DNA of 20,000 nucleotides from Chiloscyllium plagiosum (Eukaryota), in the NCBI RefSeq assembly GCF_004010195.1, contig NC_057753.1:9405555-9425554 (forward strand). The letters are read 5' to 3'. The translations under genes and the position numbers were made by a program. Numbering within the stretch: the stretch's first letter is position 1; each line of letters starts with the position of its first letter. The notes below the pieces were generated by a model that saw only the letters and a program-made list of their open reading frames with translations, was not told where the DNA came from and searched no databases. Below, in pieces: positions 1-9,352 of the stretch.

Positions 1-283
1 AATAACCTGCCTTTCCATCCCTTGATTCCCTTCCCAGCTCCCCCCTCCCTTCCACACCTCCTTGCAACCAAACAGATTCCTTTCTCCCATTGACCAACCA
101 GGTTGTACCCTCTACCTGTCTTCACCTATCCCCATTTTACCACCGTGCCCCTAGCACACCCTTGATCTGCAGCTCCCCCTACACCCACGTCCAGTCTTGA
201 GCAGAGATTACACACGAAATGTTGACTTCTCCACCTCCTGTTGATGCTTGGCTTGCTGCATTCTTCCAGCCTCCTGCCTCTAT
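1..283 (+). mobile_element. Penelope-like element terminal fragment with a decayed hammerhead-like motif
   Basis: Pyrimidine-rich segment, then agtc-TTGAGCA...CGAAAT-GTT-gact (193-227) and the tail 'gcttggcttgctgcattcttccagc'. Same architecture as 8990-9121 and, reversed, 19528-19820. Confidence 0.55.
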
Positions 284-299
284 TTTGCCAATTGAGATA

Positions 300-833
300 G
301 ACCTGGACCAACTTTTCCCAAGGCTGTCCCCTCCCTGGACTCACTCTCTTTCCTTTCAGGTGCTGCAAGTCAACAATTGAACCACAGAATGAGAAAATAA
401 ACGGAAAAGGGGGTGTGAAATAAAAGGGTGTCATACTCAGATGTTGGACAGAGGAAGGAAGTTGCAGTCTGGAGTGAAGTTCAATCTTCATTCAGAGAGA
501 GGAGCAAGAGCAGCAGCAGCTTCGGAAGCTCATGGTCCACCTTCTGCATTCAGATAATAGGTGAGCTCTGTTTGGCAGGAGGACAATTCTCCTTCCAGTC
601 CTCCAGTGCTCCCTGTTGGTCCATTAAAAGAAGGTCTTGCACCTTTTCTGCCTACAGCAAGGAACATGGCCAATGTTAAGGTTATACCAGTGAACATGCA
701 CCCTGCTTGCTGACACCAAGGAGTCTACACAATATGCTCTGTGGCAATGTTGATATTATTGACAGATTCCAAGTGTCCAAATGCCAGTGAGAAAAAAAGG
801 GTAGAGCCTTTTTTATCCCCACGTGGCTTGACA
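300..833 (-). repeat. Decayed paralogous copy of the promoter/first-exon module at 9241-9733
   Basis: Colinear similarity with 9241-9733 (shared 'cctggaccaac', 'gcagtctggagtgaa', 'tcaatcttcattc', 'cgtggct.gacat'). The splice donor and ETS, CCAAT and NRF1 motifs are mutated here. Confidence 0.8.
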
Positions 834-879
834 TTTTATTGCTTTTGCATTTTGTCTGGCTGCTCAACTTTTTATGTCT

Positions 880-1182
880 TTTCCCCAGTGTAGGAATGAA
901 GTTCAGAACTAGAGGGCATAGGGTGAGAGTGGCAAGATATAAAAGTGGCAACTTTTCCATGTAGAAGGTGGTGCGTGTATCGAATGAGTTGCCAGAGGAA
1001 GTGGTGGAGGCTGGTACAATTACAGAATTTAAAAGGCATCTGGATGGGTATATGAATAGGAAGGGTTTAGTGGGATATGAACCAAGTGCTGGCAATTGGG
1101 ATTAGATTAATTTGGATATCTGTTCGGCTTGGATGGGGAGGATGAAAAGGTCTGTTTCCATGCCGTACGTCTGCAACTCTAA
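880..1182 (+). mobile_element. CR1-clade LINE 3' end fragment
   Basis: 'agaactagagggcatagggtgagag...gaggaagtggtggaggctggtacaattacag...gggtttagtgggatatg...tctgtttccatgccgtac' matches the CR1 3' ends at 8350-8735, 15436-15905 and 17325-17983. Confidence 0.85.
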
Positions 1183-1499
1183 ATAATAGAGTACACTTTC
1201 ACAAATAACAAACTATATCCATGTTAACAAGGATTAGTACACCATGTACTTTACTAACCATCCTCAATAGGTCCTGCCCCTTCGATGACTGAACAACATA
1301 TGCTGGTGCATAATCTCCTTCACACACACTAGGCTGAACAATTGCACTAGTAACTGCAACAATAAACAGCATAAGGATAAAAAGAAAGCGAGGGTAAAAA
1401 TCACAAGCGCCAGTAAAAGCAGATGGAAAGTGAGTGTAAAATGTCACTATGACAGGACAGGCCCCACATTCCTTCCCCTCCGTCCCCCCACAACCTGCC

Positions 1500-1900
1500 T
1501 CACCTTTCACCTCCCGGGCCCAGTACCTTCCAGGTGGCCCCATAGTTGACACAGGGGCCGCCCCACGACCAGTAGAACTCCACCACCCAGGCGGCCGACG
1601 AGTTCCCAAGCAGGCCCTTAACCCCATCCGCCTCCAGAATGCTCACCGGCTCCTGCCTGCTGTACAGCCGGCCGGTGTGGCCGTGACACAGCAGCTGCGC
1701 CAGGAAGGCGGCGGTGCCCAGTGACGGGTGTCTGCCCCGGGCCGCACGGCGCCATCTTCCTAACGGCCGCCCTCCCGCCGCTTCCCCGCTCGAGCGACTT
1801 CTCCTCCCAACCGCCTTCGCCCCCGCGTGACGTCTGCACGGGGGGATGGGCGGGGCCGGGGAGCCTCACCGTCACCAAGCAACAGCCACCTCGCGCTACA
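1500..1900. promoter_or_regulatory. CpG island/promoter around the QSOX-like exon
   Basis: Very GC- and CpG-rich against a CpG-poor background. YY1-type GCCATCTT overlaps the ATG (1751-1758); TGACGTC near 1828-1834; GC box GGGCGGGG near 1848-1855. Confidence 0.75.
1504..1755 (-). pseudogene. QSOX2: Sulfhydryl oxidase (QSOX, most like QSOX2) exon 1, frameshifted, with CxxC destroyed
   Basis: Manual minus-strand translation: ATG at 1755 (ggaagATGgcg) MAPCG / +1 shift / RGRHPSLGTAAFLAQLLCHGHTGRLYSRQEPVSILEADGVKGLLGNSSAAWVVEFYWSWGGPCVNYGATWKVL / +1 shift / AREVK, then G|GTGAGG donor at 1503. This aligns with the recalled QSOX2 start RLY...[33 protein letters not shown]. Confidence 0.85.
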
Positions 1901-2334
1901 ACTGCTCATTCACAAAAACAAACTCTCCTGTCTCGCTCTGCAGCTGCAGGGGGGACACTGCCTGTTTCCAGGAGCCCTGTCCACATTACATTGAGCCGTG
2001 AGCTTTCACAAAGAGATATTCTTTTAAATTGTCATCTCTAAATGGGGAAATTAGCATTTTAAGGGGGCATGGACATTGTAAAGATATTTAAATGAACAAG
2101 ATTATATTTCAAAGGAATGTGGGCACATTCAAAGGTGTATCTTGTTATCTAAAGTGACGCCGTCAAATCGAAATGAAACTTCATTTCAAAGAGATGTTGC
2201 CCTATTTATAAACAGAAATATCCCTTTGAGACAATAGGTGTGAATTCTGTCTGTGTCCCAACGTTGAGTCAGACTGACATTTTTCTTAGAAAAGCTCTGC
2301 ATTTCAATTACATTCTTGAGAAGTTAATTGATAG

Positions 2335-2505
2335 ATTAGCGTGGATTGGCTGTGCTAAATAACCCATAGTGTCCAGGGATGTGCAGGTAAGGGTGGATTG
2401 GCCATAGGAAATATGGAATAAGGGGTTGAGTATGGGTGGGATGCTCTTTGGAGGGCCAGTGTGGAACAGATGGGCTGAATAGCCTGGTTCCACATTGGCG
2501 GGATT
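2335..2505 (+). mobile_element. HE1-like SINE, 3' half
   Basis: 'ggattggctgtgctaaataacccatagtg...gatgtgcaggt...gatgggctgaatagcctggttccaca' is the reverse complement of the 3' halves of the SINEs at 14573 and 15936. Confidence 0.7.
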
Positions 2506-2589
2506 TCCACACAAAGGTGCATTTTATCTGCATCTATCCTGTCAAGCCCCTTTCAGAATTCTGCTGGTTTCAATAAGATCAGTTCTGGT

Positions 2590-3360
2590 TCATAGAGACA
2601 TACAGCACAGAAACAGACTCTTCTGTCCAACTCGTCCATGCCGACTAAACTAGTCACACTTGCCTGCATTTGGCCCATATCCCTCTAAACCTTTCTATTC
2701 ATGCACCTATTCAAATGTCTTTAAATGTTGTAACTGTCCCTGTATCTACCACTTCCTCAGCAAGTTCATTCCACATGCAAACTTCTCTGTCAAAACTTTG
2801 CCCCCTCAGGTTGCTTTTAAAATCTCTCTCCTCTCACCTTAAAGAACTATGCCTCCTAGTTTTGAGCTCCCCTACGCCATGGAAGAGCCGTTTGCTATTC
2901 ACCTTAGCTCCACTCCTCACGATTTTATAAATCTCAATGAGATCACCCCTCAACTTCCTGTGCTCCAGTGAAGAAAGTCCCAGCCTCTCCTTATAACTCA
3001 AACCCTCCAGTCCTGGCAGCATCCTGGTAAATCTTTACCAAACCCTCTTTAACAGTATTCTTCCTATTACAGGCCACCAGAACTGCATTCAGTACTCTGA
3101 AAGTGGCCTCACCAACATTCTGTACAACTTGAACATGATGTCCCAACTCCTATACTCAGTGGTGTGAACAATGAAGGCAATGGTTCTAAATGCCTTCTTA
3201 ACCACCCTGTCTACCAGTGATCCAACTTTCAAAGAACTATGTAGCTGAACGCCCCCACACCCCCCATGTCTCACTGTTTTGCAATATGACCCAAGGCCCT
3301 ACCATTAACAGTACAAGTCCTGCCCTTCCTTGTTTTCGCAAAACACAACCTTCGCTTTTA
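2590..3360 (-). mobile_element. CR1-clade LINE 3' fragment
   Basis: Minus-strand peptides 'SWDIMFKLYRMLVRPLSEY' and 'MLPGLEGLSYKERLGLSSLEHRKLRGDLIEIYKIV' are typical of the CR1 ORF2 C-terminus. The 3' tail is near 2590. Confidence 0.9.
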
Positions 3361-3830
3361 TTCACACCACTCTCTCCTCAGACATACACACACACCCCAA
3401 CACACTCACAGGCTAAGACTCCATCACACTCTCACTTTACCAAACATGCACACACTCTCACATAACTCTACAGAGTGACTTTGTATTGGCAGAATTATTT
3501 GCAGATACATTCAATTTTGCTTAAAAAGCACACAGTCTGCAGGCAGTCAATCCATGTAATATTTCATAAATTCCTACTTTGGGAATAGAACCAGTCTGAT
3601 TCAAGACTGGGATACTGACAGACTCAAATCTCACATCTTTAATGCATTTTCTGAGCTGAATTGTCACTTTTTAAAAAATATAACCTTAAGTCATCTTGAA
3701 AACGTGACTTAAAAGATGTTTTAATATTAATGAACTGAAAACTGCAACCTATTCTAAAAGATGACTATAACCTGGTGTTGTGTGATTTTTAACTTTGTCC
3801 ACCCCAGTCCAACACAGGGACATCCGCATC
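3361..3830 (+). mobile_element. Penelope-like element fragment, internally deleted relative to 10211-10885
   Basis: CA-rich start, then colinear with 10390-10885. It lacks the 156 bp (10662-10817 in the paralog) that contain the hammerhead motif. Confidence 0.55.
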
Positions 3831-4053
3831 ATTTCTAGTGAACATAGCCCACACCTCCCGGTGCTGCTATTAAACTTTACAATGCAGATGAAACGACGCA
3901 GTCTGCAATCCTGAAAGATTTACAATTTCAAACAATACTAGCTACTCATTCATTGCTCCATCTGATACACGACATTGTAAGCTTAGTGCAGGAGGCTTTA
4001 AAACAAAAACTTCGAGTTCAAAGCTTTCAATGAGAGCCTGAGCCCAGATAACC

Positions 4054-4059
4054 TTTATT
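4054..4059 (-). terminator. Candidate polyadenylation signal AATAAA of the zinc-finger gene
   Basis: TTTATT on plus, about 550 nt downstream of the stop codon. Conserved in the paralog at 11129-11134. Confidence 0.55.
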
Positions 4060-4299
4060 GTGAACCAACTTTGTTACAACTTCCAATCCCCTCACCAAAG
4101 AGGCATACAAAAAGTAGCTGGTTTTTAAACAGCTGAAGGTCAAAGTGCACACGCTCCCCCACCACCTCACTTTCTTTACTATTGGTCAGCACTGAGTTGT
4201 TCTGTTGTAAATGGATCCTTGGTACAGCCTTAACCCAGAGGAAGTATTGCCTCACTCAACAATTTCAACCTTTATCTAAGTAAGTTTCTCCCCACTCAT

Positions 4300-4600
4300 T
4301 TGCCGGGGGCGGAGGCAGTATAGAGTCAACCAGACTGCTGTGGGGCTGGAGTCACGTGTGAGCCAGACAGGGTAAAGGATGCAGCTGGGACAACTGAGGG
4401 AATCCTTTGCCACAACTGCCGTTTCCTTCCCTAAAAAGGGCGTGAGTGAATCAGATGGGGTTTTTCACCCCCAAAAATGGTCTTATCGTTAGATTCTGAA
4501 CTCCAGATTTCTGACCGAATTCCAATTCCACCATATGCCATGGCAGGATTCAAACCTAGGCATCGCTGGAACTGGGTCAATATCGGCACTCTACCCTCAC
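4300..4600 (-). mobile_element. Old tRNA-derived SINE in the zinc-finger 3' UTR
   Basis: Minus-strand B-box-like GGTTTGAATCC near 4546-4556, followed by a body '...catctgattcactcacgccctttttagggaaggaaacggc...gactccagccccacagc' resembling a common shark SINE family. Family not confirmed. Confidence 0.6.
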
Positions 4601-4604
4601 TCCT

Positions 4605-5321
4605 TCAATCCCCTTGCGATGGTACATGAACCCGCTGGTGCCTCCGCAGGTTGGAGGAGCGGGTGAAGCCCTTCCTGCACTCAGGGCAGCTGAAGGGCCT
4701 CTCCCCGGTGTGGATCTGCCGGTGAGTCAACAGGTTGGATGCCTGGGTAAAGCCCTTCCCACATTCTGGACAGCTGTAGGGCCTCTGCCCTGTGTGGACC
4801 CGCCGGTGGGTAAGCAGGTGGGAGGCCCGGGTAAAGCCCTTCCCGCAATCGGGGCAGCTGAAGGGCCTCTCCTCTGTATGGACCCGCTGGTGCCTGAGCA
4901 GTATGGAGGAATCGCTGAAGCCCTTCCCGCACTCAGGGCAGCTGAAGGGCCTCTCCCCCATGTGGAGTCGCTGGTGCCTCAGCAGGTTGGAGGAACTGCT
5001 GAAGGCCTTCCTGCACTCGGGGCAGCTGAAGGGCCTCTCCCCCGTGTGGACCCGCCGGTGGGTCAGCAGGTCAGAGGAATGGCTGAAGCCCTTCCCGCAC
5101 TCAGAACAGCTAAAGGGCCTCTCCCCCGTGTGGACTCGTTGGTGGATCTGGAGGGTGGAGGCCTGCGTAAAGCCCTTCCCACACTCAGGGCAGAAGAATG
5201 GCCTCTCCCCGGTGTGGATGCGTCGATGAGTCTCCAAGGCAGATGGGACACAGAAACCTTTCCCGCAGTCGCCACATTTCCACGGTTTCTCCACAGGGCG
5301 GGATTCCTCGAGTTTCTCCAT
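4605..5321 (-). CDS. C2H2 zinc-finger protein, 8 tandem Kruppel-type fingers, 238 aa, no effector domain visible
   Basis: Eight C-x2-C-x12-H-x3-H fingers with TGERPFS-type linkers. ATG at 5321 in strong Kozak context (gccATGg); in-frame TAG upstream at 5361-5363; stop at 4605-4607. Confidence 0.95.
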   Translation of the reverse strand: MEKLEESRPVEKPWKCGDCGKGFCVPSALETHRRIHTGERPFFCPECGKGFTQASTLQIHQRVHTGERPFSCSECGKGFSHSSDLLTHRRVHTGERPFSCPECRKAFSSSSNLLRHQRLHMGERPFSCPECGKGFSDSSILLRHQRVHTEERPFSCPDCGKGFTRASHLLTHRRVHTGQRPYSCPECGKGFTQASNLLTHRQIHTGERPFSCPECRKGFTRSSNLRRHQRVHVPSQGD

Positions 5322-5728
5322 GGCCGAAGCTTCAGCAGCACACAAATGAGTGTAGAGCCTCTACCCACCGTGAATTCCTCTTTCCAGGCTGTATTATTGA
5401 TTCAGGCTCCACACTCACTGCACTGCAACAGTATGGTCTCTCATCCAGTCCCACTGCTGCTGAAAACGTACTGAAATAAGAACCAAAAAGCTTTGCTCCT
5501 TTTCACAGAACCGTGGTAGAAAATCGTGGTCCAAATGGATTCAGTGACTGTCAGACATCGACATCAAAGTGAGGACTGCAGACACTGGAGTATCAGAGTT
5601 GAAAAGTGCGGCACTGGAAAAGCACAGTGGGTCAGGCAGCACCCGAGGAGCAGGACAGTCAATGTTTCAGACATAAGCCCTTCATCTGTTGATTTTGAAA
5701 CTTCTGTCTTCAGATCTCCAAATACTCT
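5322..5728 (-). other. Probable non-coding 5' part of the terminal exon, with splice acceptor
   Basis: TTTTTTTTAAG|AGTATT acceptor (AG at 5728-5727), positionally conserved in the inverted paralog (AG at 13931-13932). A second possible acceptor TTATTTCAG lies at 5472-5471. Decayed finger-like codons are present. Confidence 0.55.
5566..5686 (-). mobile_element. Short Penelope-like terminal fragment with hammerhead relic
   Basis: Reverse complement aligns with 8998-9117. Flanked by direct 'catc' (5562-5565 and 5683-5686). Confidence 0.7.
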
Positions 5729-6207
5729 TAAAAAAAAGATTACAAACGTCATCAATGTCAGTCCAGGGTAGAAATTCAGAACAACCAATTCTACTTTCTG
5801 TGGAATATTCTTTTCTTTTGTTATTCCACAAAATTGAAAGCACCATCCCACTCACTCTCTCCCCCTCTGTTCTCACTCCTCTCTAACTAATTCTCCTGAA
5901 GGTGCTGATTCAGGAACTCATAGGGCAGAAAAGCTCTCTGAATTTTGGATAACTTCACCTGAGAGTTAATATCTATCACAATATTGGGATAGTGCTGAGA
6001 GTGAGCAGGTCTGATTTTGGGAAGCAAAATTTAAAAAAAAGTGTCTCAATTCAGGGTGAACCTGCAAAGCAGCTTCTTGAGGAACAGCCAGACACAAAAT
6101 GGTTAATGTACCCAGGAACAGGGGAGAAAATGAGACATCAAGGTATTAACACCAACACCAGAGAGAAACTGAACATAAAGACGTGGCAAATGTTTGTGGA
6201 AAGCCAG

Positions 6208-6625
6208 ATTCACAGAGACATACAGCACAGAAACAGACACTTGGAGCAAACTCTTCCGTGCTGATCAGATATCCTAAATTAAGCTAGTCGCATTTGCCAG
6301 CACTTGGCCCATATCCCTCTGAACCCTTCCTATTCATATCCCCATCCAGATGTCTTTTCAATGTTGCAATTGTACCAGGCTGCATCACTTCCTCTGGCAC
6401 CATCCTCTGCGTGAAAACAATACCCCTTAGGTCTCTTAAATCCCCACCGCTCCCACCTCTGTCCTCACCCTAAACTTATTAACCTCCAGTTCTGGACTCC
6501 CCCAACCCAAGGAAAAGACTTGTTTATTTACCCTATCCCCACCCCTCTGGATTTTACAAAAGTCTTTCAGGTCACCCCCGTCCCGCTCCCCCGTCAGTCT
6601 CTGGCGCGCTGGGGAAAACAGCACC
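6208..6625 (-). mobile_element. CR1-clade LINE 3' fragment
   Basis: 'gagacatacagcacagaaacaga...cccatatccctctgaacccttcctattcat...ggtcacccc'. The same insertion junction is seen at about 11701. Confidence 0.85.
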
Positions 6626-6652
6626 TCCCACCATCCATCCGGCTCTCCTCAC

Positions 6653-6850
6653 CTTGAGTTTGCAGTGTCTGCTCCCTCCCTGGGTTCACTCCAGATTCCC
6701 CCCCACCCAGAATGAAGAGTTGCTCAGGAGGGAGGAAGTGGGTTTCACTCTGAAACGGACAGGGCCACTTCCGTGTTGTGACGTCACCAGTGCCGCACTG
6801 CGCCTGCTCCGGACGGCGGCCGCCTGGACCGCACTGCCCTTGCGCAGTTT
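6653..6850 (-). promoter_or_regulatory. Compact CpG-rich promoter and non-coding first exon of the zinc-finger gene (proximal)
   Basis: ETS CACTTCCG 6766-6773, palindromic CRE TGACGTCA 6779-6786, NRF1-like ACTGCGCCTGC near 6797-6807, and donor AAG|GTGAGG with GT at 6652-6651. Confidence 0.7.
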
Positions 6851-6879
6851 GCAAAATTCCTCCCCTTCAGAGAATCCCC

Positions 6880-7060
6880 AGGGTGTGGAAGCAGGCCATT
6901 CGGCCCACACCCATTTGCTTTACATTTAACCCTTACTAATGCACTTAACCTGCCCATCCCTAAACACTATCGATAATTTACCATGGCCAATCCATCCCAA
7001 CCTGCACATTCCTGAACCCGACGGGACAACTTAGCATGGCTTGTCCACCCTAACCGGCCA
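6880..7060 (-). mobile_element. HE1-like SINE 3' fragment
   Basis: 'gtgtggaagcaggccattcggccca...catggccaatccat...aacctgcacat' is similar to the SINE at 15936-16253. Confidence 0.65.
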
Positions 7061-7074
7061 GACATCATAAATTA

Positions 7075-7720
7075 ATGTAGTTCCACCTGCCAGCATTTGG
7101 CTCATATCACTCTAAACCCTTGCTATTCATGTACTCAGATGTCTTTTAAATTGTGTCATTTTCCCTCAGGCAGCAAGTTCCATACATCCGCCACCCTCTG
7201 CGTGAAAAAGTTTCACCTCACGTCCCTTTCCACATTCACCTTAAACCTAAACCCCTCTAATTCTGGACTCCCCTACCATGGGGAAAAGACCATGGGTATT
7301 CACCATATCCATGCCCCTTATAAACTTCTATAAAGTCAGCCCTCAGCCTCAGATACTCCAGAGAAAATATACCTGACGTATTCAGCCTCTCCCTGTAGCT
7401 CAAACCCTCCAACTCTGGCATCGGCCTTATAAATCTTTTCCCACCCCTTTCAAAGTTTCACAATATCTTTCCTACAGCAGGGAAACCCAGAACTGAATGC
7501 AGTATTCCAAAAGTGGCCAAACCAATGTCCTGTACAGCTGCAGCAAGACCTCCCAACTGCTATACTCAATGATCTGACCAATAAAGGAAAGCATACCAAG
7601 GTCTCTTTGATCTGCAACACTCCCTTTAACTGTGTCAGTCCTGCATGGATTGCTTGACCAAAATGCAAGCCACACATTTCTCTAAATCAAATGCCATCTG
7701 CCACTCCTCAGCCATCTGAA
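7075..7720 (-). mobile_element. CR1-clade LINE 3' fragment
   Basis: Minus-strand peptide 'SWEVLLQLYRTLVWPLLEYCIQFW'. Confidence 0.9.
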
Positions 7721-7872
7721 CAATATAATTTATATCAATTTCTTCTCTTATTCCAGAGAAGCTGCAAATCTCCAACCTATACACTCTCCCTCCATTCTCA
7801 CTTTGCTGAACCTAATCCCAGTTGTGTCTCATCCTAAAGGGTCTGGTTCATGCTGATTAACAGGCCCACACT

Positions 7873-8245
7873 CGGGGGATCTAATTGAAACATACAGAAT
7901 ACTGAACAGCCTGGACAGAGTGGATGTTGGGAAGCTGTTTCCACTGGTAGGAGAGACTGGGACCCGAGCGCAAGTCATAAAAAAAAAGGAAGACCTTTTA
8001 GAACAGACCTAAGGAGAAACTTCTTCAGCCAGAGAGCGGTGAATCTATGGAATTCCTTGACACATAGGGCTGTGGCGGCCAGGTCAATGAGGATATTTAA
8101 GACAGACAAATAGATTCTGGAGTATCAAGGGGTACCGGGAGAAAGTGGGAGAATGGAGTTAACAAACTTATCAGACACGTTTGAATGGTAACAGCAGACC
8201 CGATGGGCTGACTGGCCTAATTTCTGCTCCTACGTCTTAGTTTCT
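7873..8245 (+). mobile_element. CR1/L2-clade LINE 3' end
   Basis: 'gggggatctaattgaaacatac...aaacttcttcagccagagagcggtgaatctatggaattcc...gatgggctgactggcctaatttctgctcctacgtcttag'. Confidence 0.8.
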
Positions 8246-8349
8246 TACTGTCCTGGACACTGAGAATTGGGGGCAGGAGTATGCCATTTGGTCTTTCAAG
8301 TCTGCACCATCGTGGAACAGATCATAACTGGACATGGATCTACCTACAT

Positions 8350-8735
8350 CTAGGGGATAGGCTGGGAATTTTTCACAGAGGTTGAGAGGTGACCTTATAG
8401 AGGATTATAAAATCATGAGGGGTATAGATGAGATGAATGGCAGGTGTCATTTCAAGATGAGGGGCAAATTTTTAAGGTGAGTGGAGAAAGATTTTAAAAA
8501 GATATGAGGAGCACCTTGTTCTTTTAAGAGAGTGGTTTGTGTGTGGAATGACTGTCCAGAGGAAATGGTGGATGCAGGTAGAGTAACAACATTTAAAAGA
8601 CATTTTGATAAGTACATGAATAGGAAAGGTTTGAAGGAATATGGGCCAAACCAGGTGGGACTAGTTTAAGTTTGTGAATATAGTCAGCATGGACTTGTTG
8701 GACTCAAGGGTCTGTTTCTGTGCTGTATGACTCTA
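8350..8735 (+). mobile_element. CR1-clade LINE 3' end nested in an older minus-strand LINE tail (about 8260-8880)
   Basis: 'gagaggtgaccttataga...gggtctgtttctgtgctgtatgactcta'. The flanks on both sides resemble a reversed LINE 3' tail. Confidence 0.8.
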
Positions 8736-8989
8736 ACTGTTCTATACTGGTCTTAAAACCCTTTTATTGCCTTCGCCCATAACCATCCACTTCTTTGTTG
8801 TTCAAAAATCAGATAAACTTAGCTTTGAATATATTTTAAACCCCCCAACTGCAGGAAGACATCCCCACTTCTGAACTCAATTCCTCTTGCTAATATACCA
8901 CTTGCCTTGCTGGTTACTTGCTGTACCTGTCTGACAACTGGCATTGACTGGCATAGGAGGACACTGGTGCCCCTTTGTACACCCACGCA

Positions 8990-9121
8990 TTATTCCTGAT
9001 GAAAGACTCAGACCCAAAACATCGACTCTCATGCTCCTTGGAAGCTGCCTGGCCTGCTGTGCTTTTCCAGTGCCACACTTTTTGACTCTGATCTTCAACA
9101 CCTGCAGTCCTCACTTTCTCC
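8990..9121 (+). mobile_element. Penelope-like terminal fragment with decayed hammerhead motif
   Basis: attc-CTGATGA(8996-9002)-aagactcagaccc-AAAAC-ATC-gact, followed by 'gctgcctggcctgctgtgcttttccag'. Confidence 0.7.
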
Positions 9122-9352
9122 ACATCCCATCACCATTTAAACAATGCCCCTCCTTCCTGTTTTTTTTTTCGCCACAGCAAAGGATATAACTTCACATTGG
9201 AGGTATTGGATTTGCCATGTGTTTGCCAATTGACACACAGTCCTGGACCAACATTTCCCGAGTCTGCTCCTCCCTGGATTCAATCCTTTTCCTTTCAGTT
9301 GCTGTAAGTCAGCAATTGTAACCCACAATGGAGAAAAGAGAGTGCCGTACTC

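Noticed and set aside
1199..2041. The four listed ORFs over the first CpG island
   Set aside because: None is in the QSOX-homologous frame except for short ends (MAPCG, AREVK); they are GC-rich artefacts.
2170..2187. 8-bp inverted repeat GAAATGAA-ac-TTCATTTC, loosely ISRE-like
   Set aside because: Short and AT-rich, expected by chance, with no supporting context.
4614..5474. 286-aa plus-strand ORF and other overlapping ORFs with 28-aa periodicity
   Set aside because: Antisense or alternative-frame shadows of the GC-rich zinc-finger repeats, with no independent coding signal.
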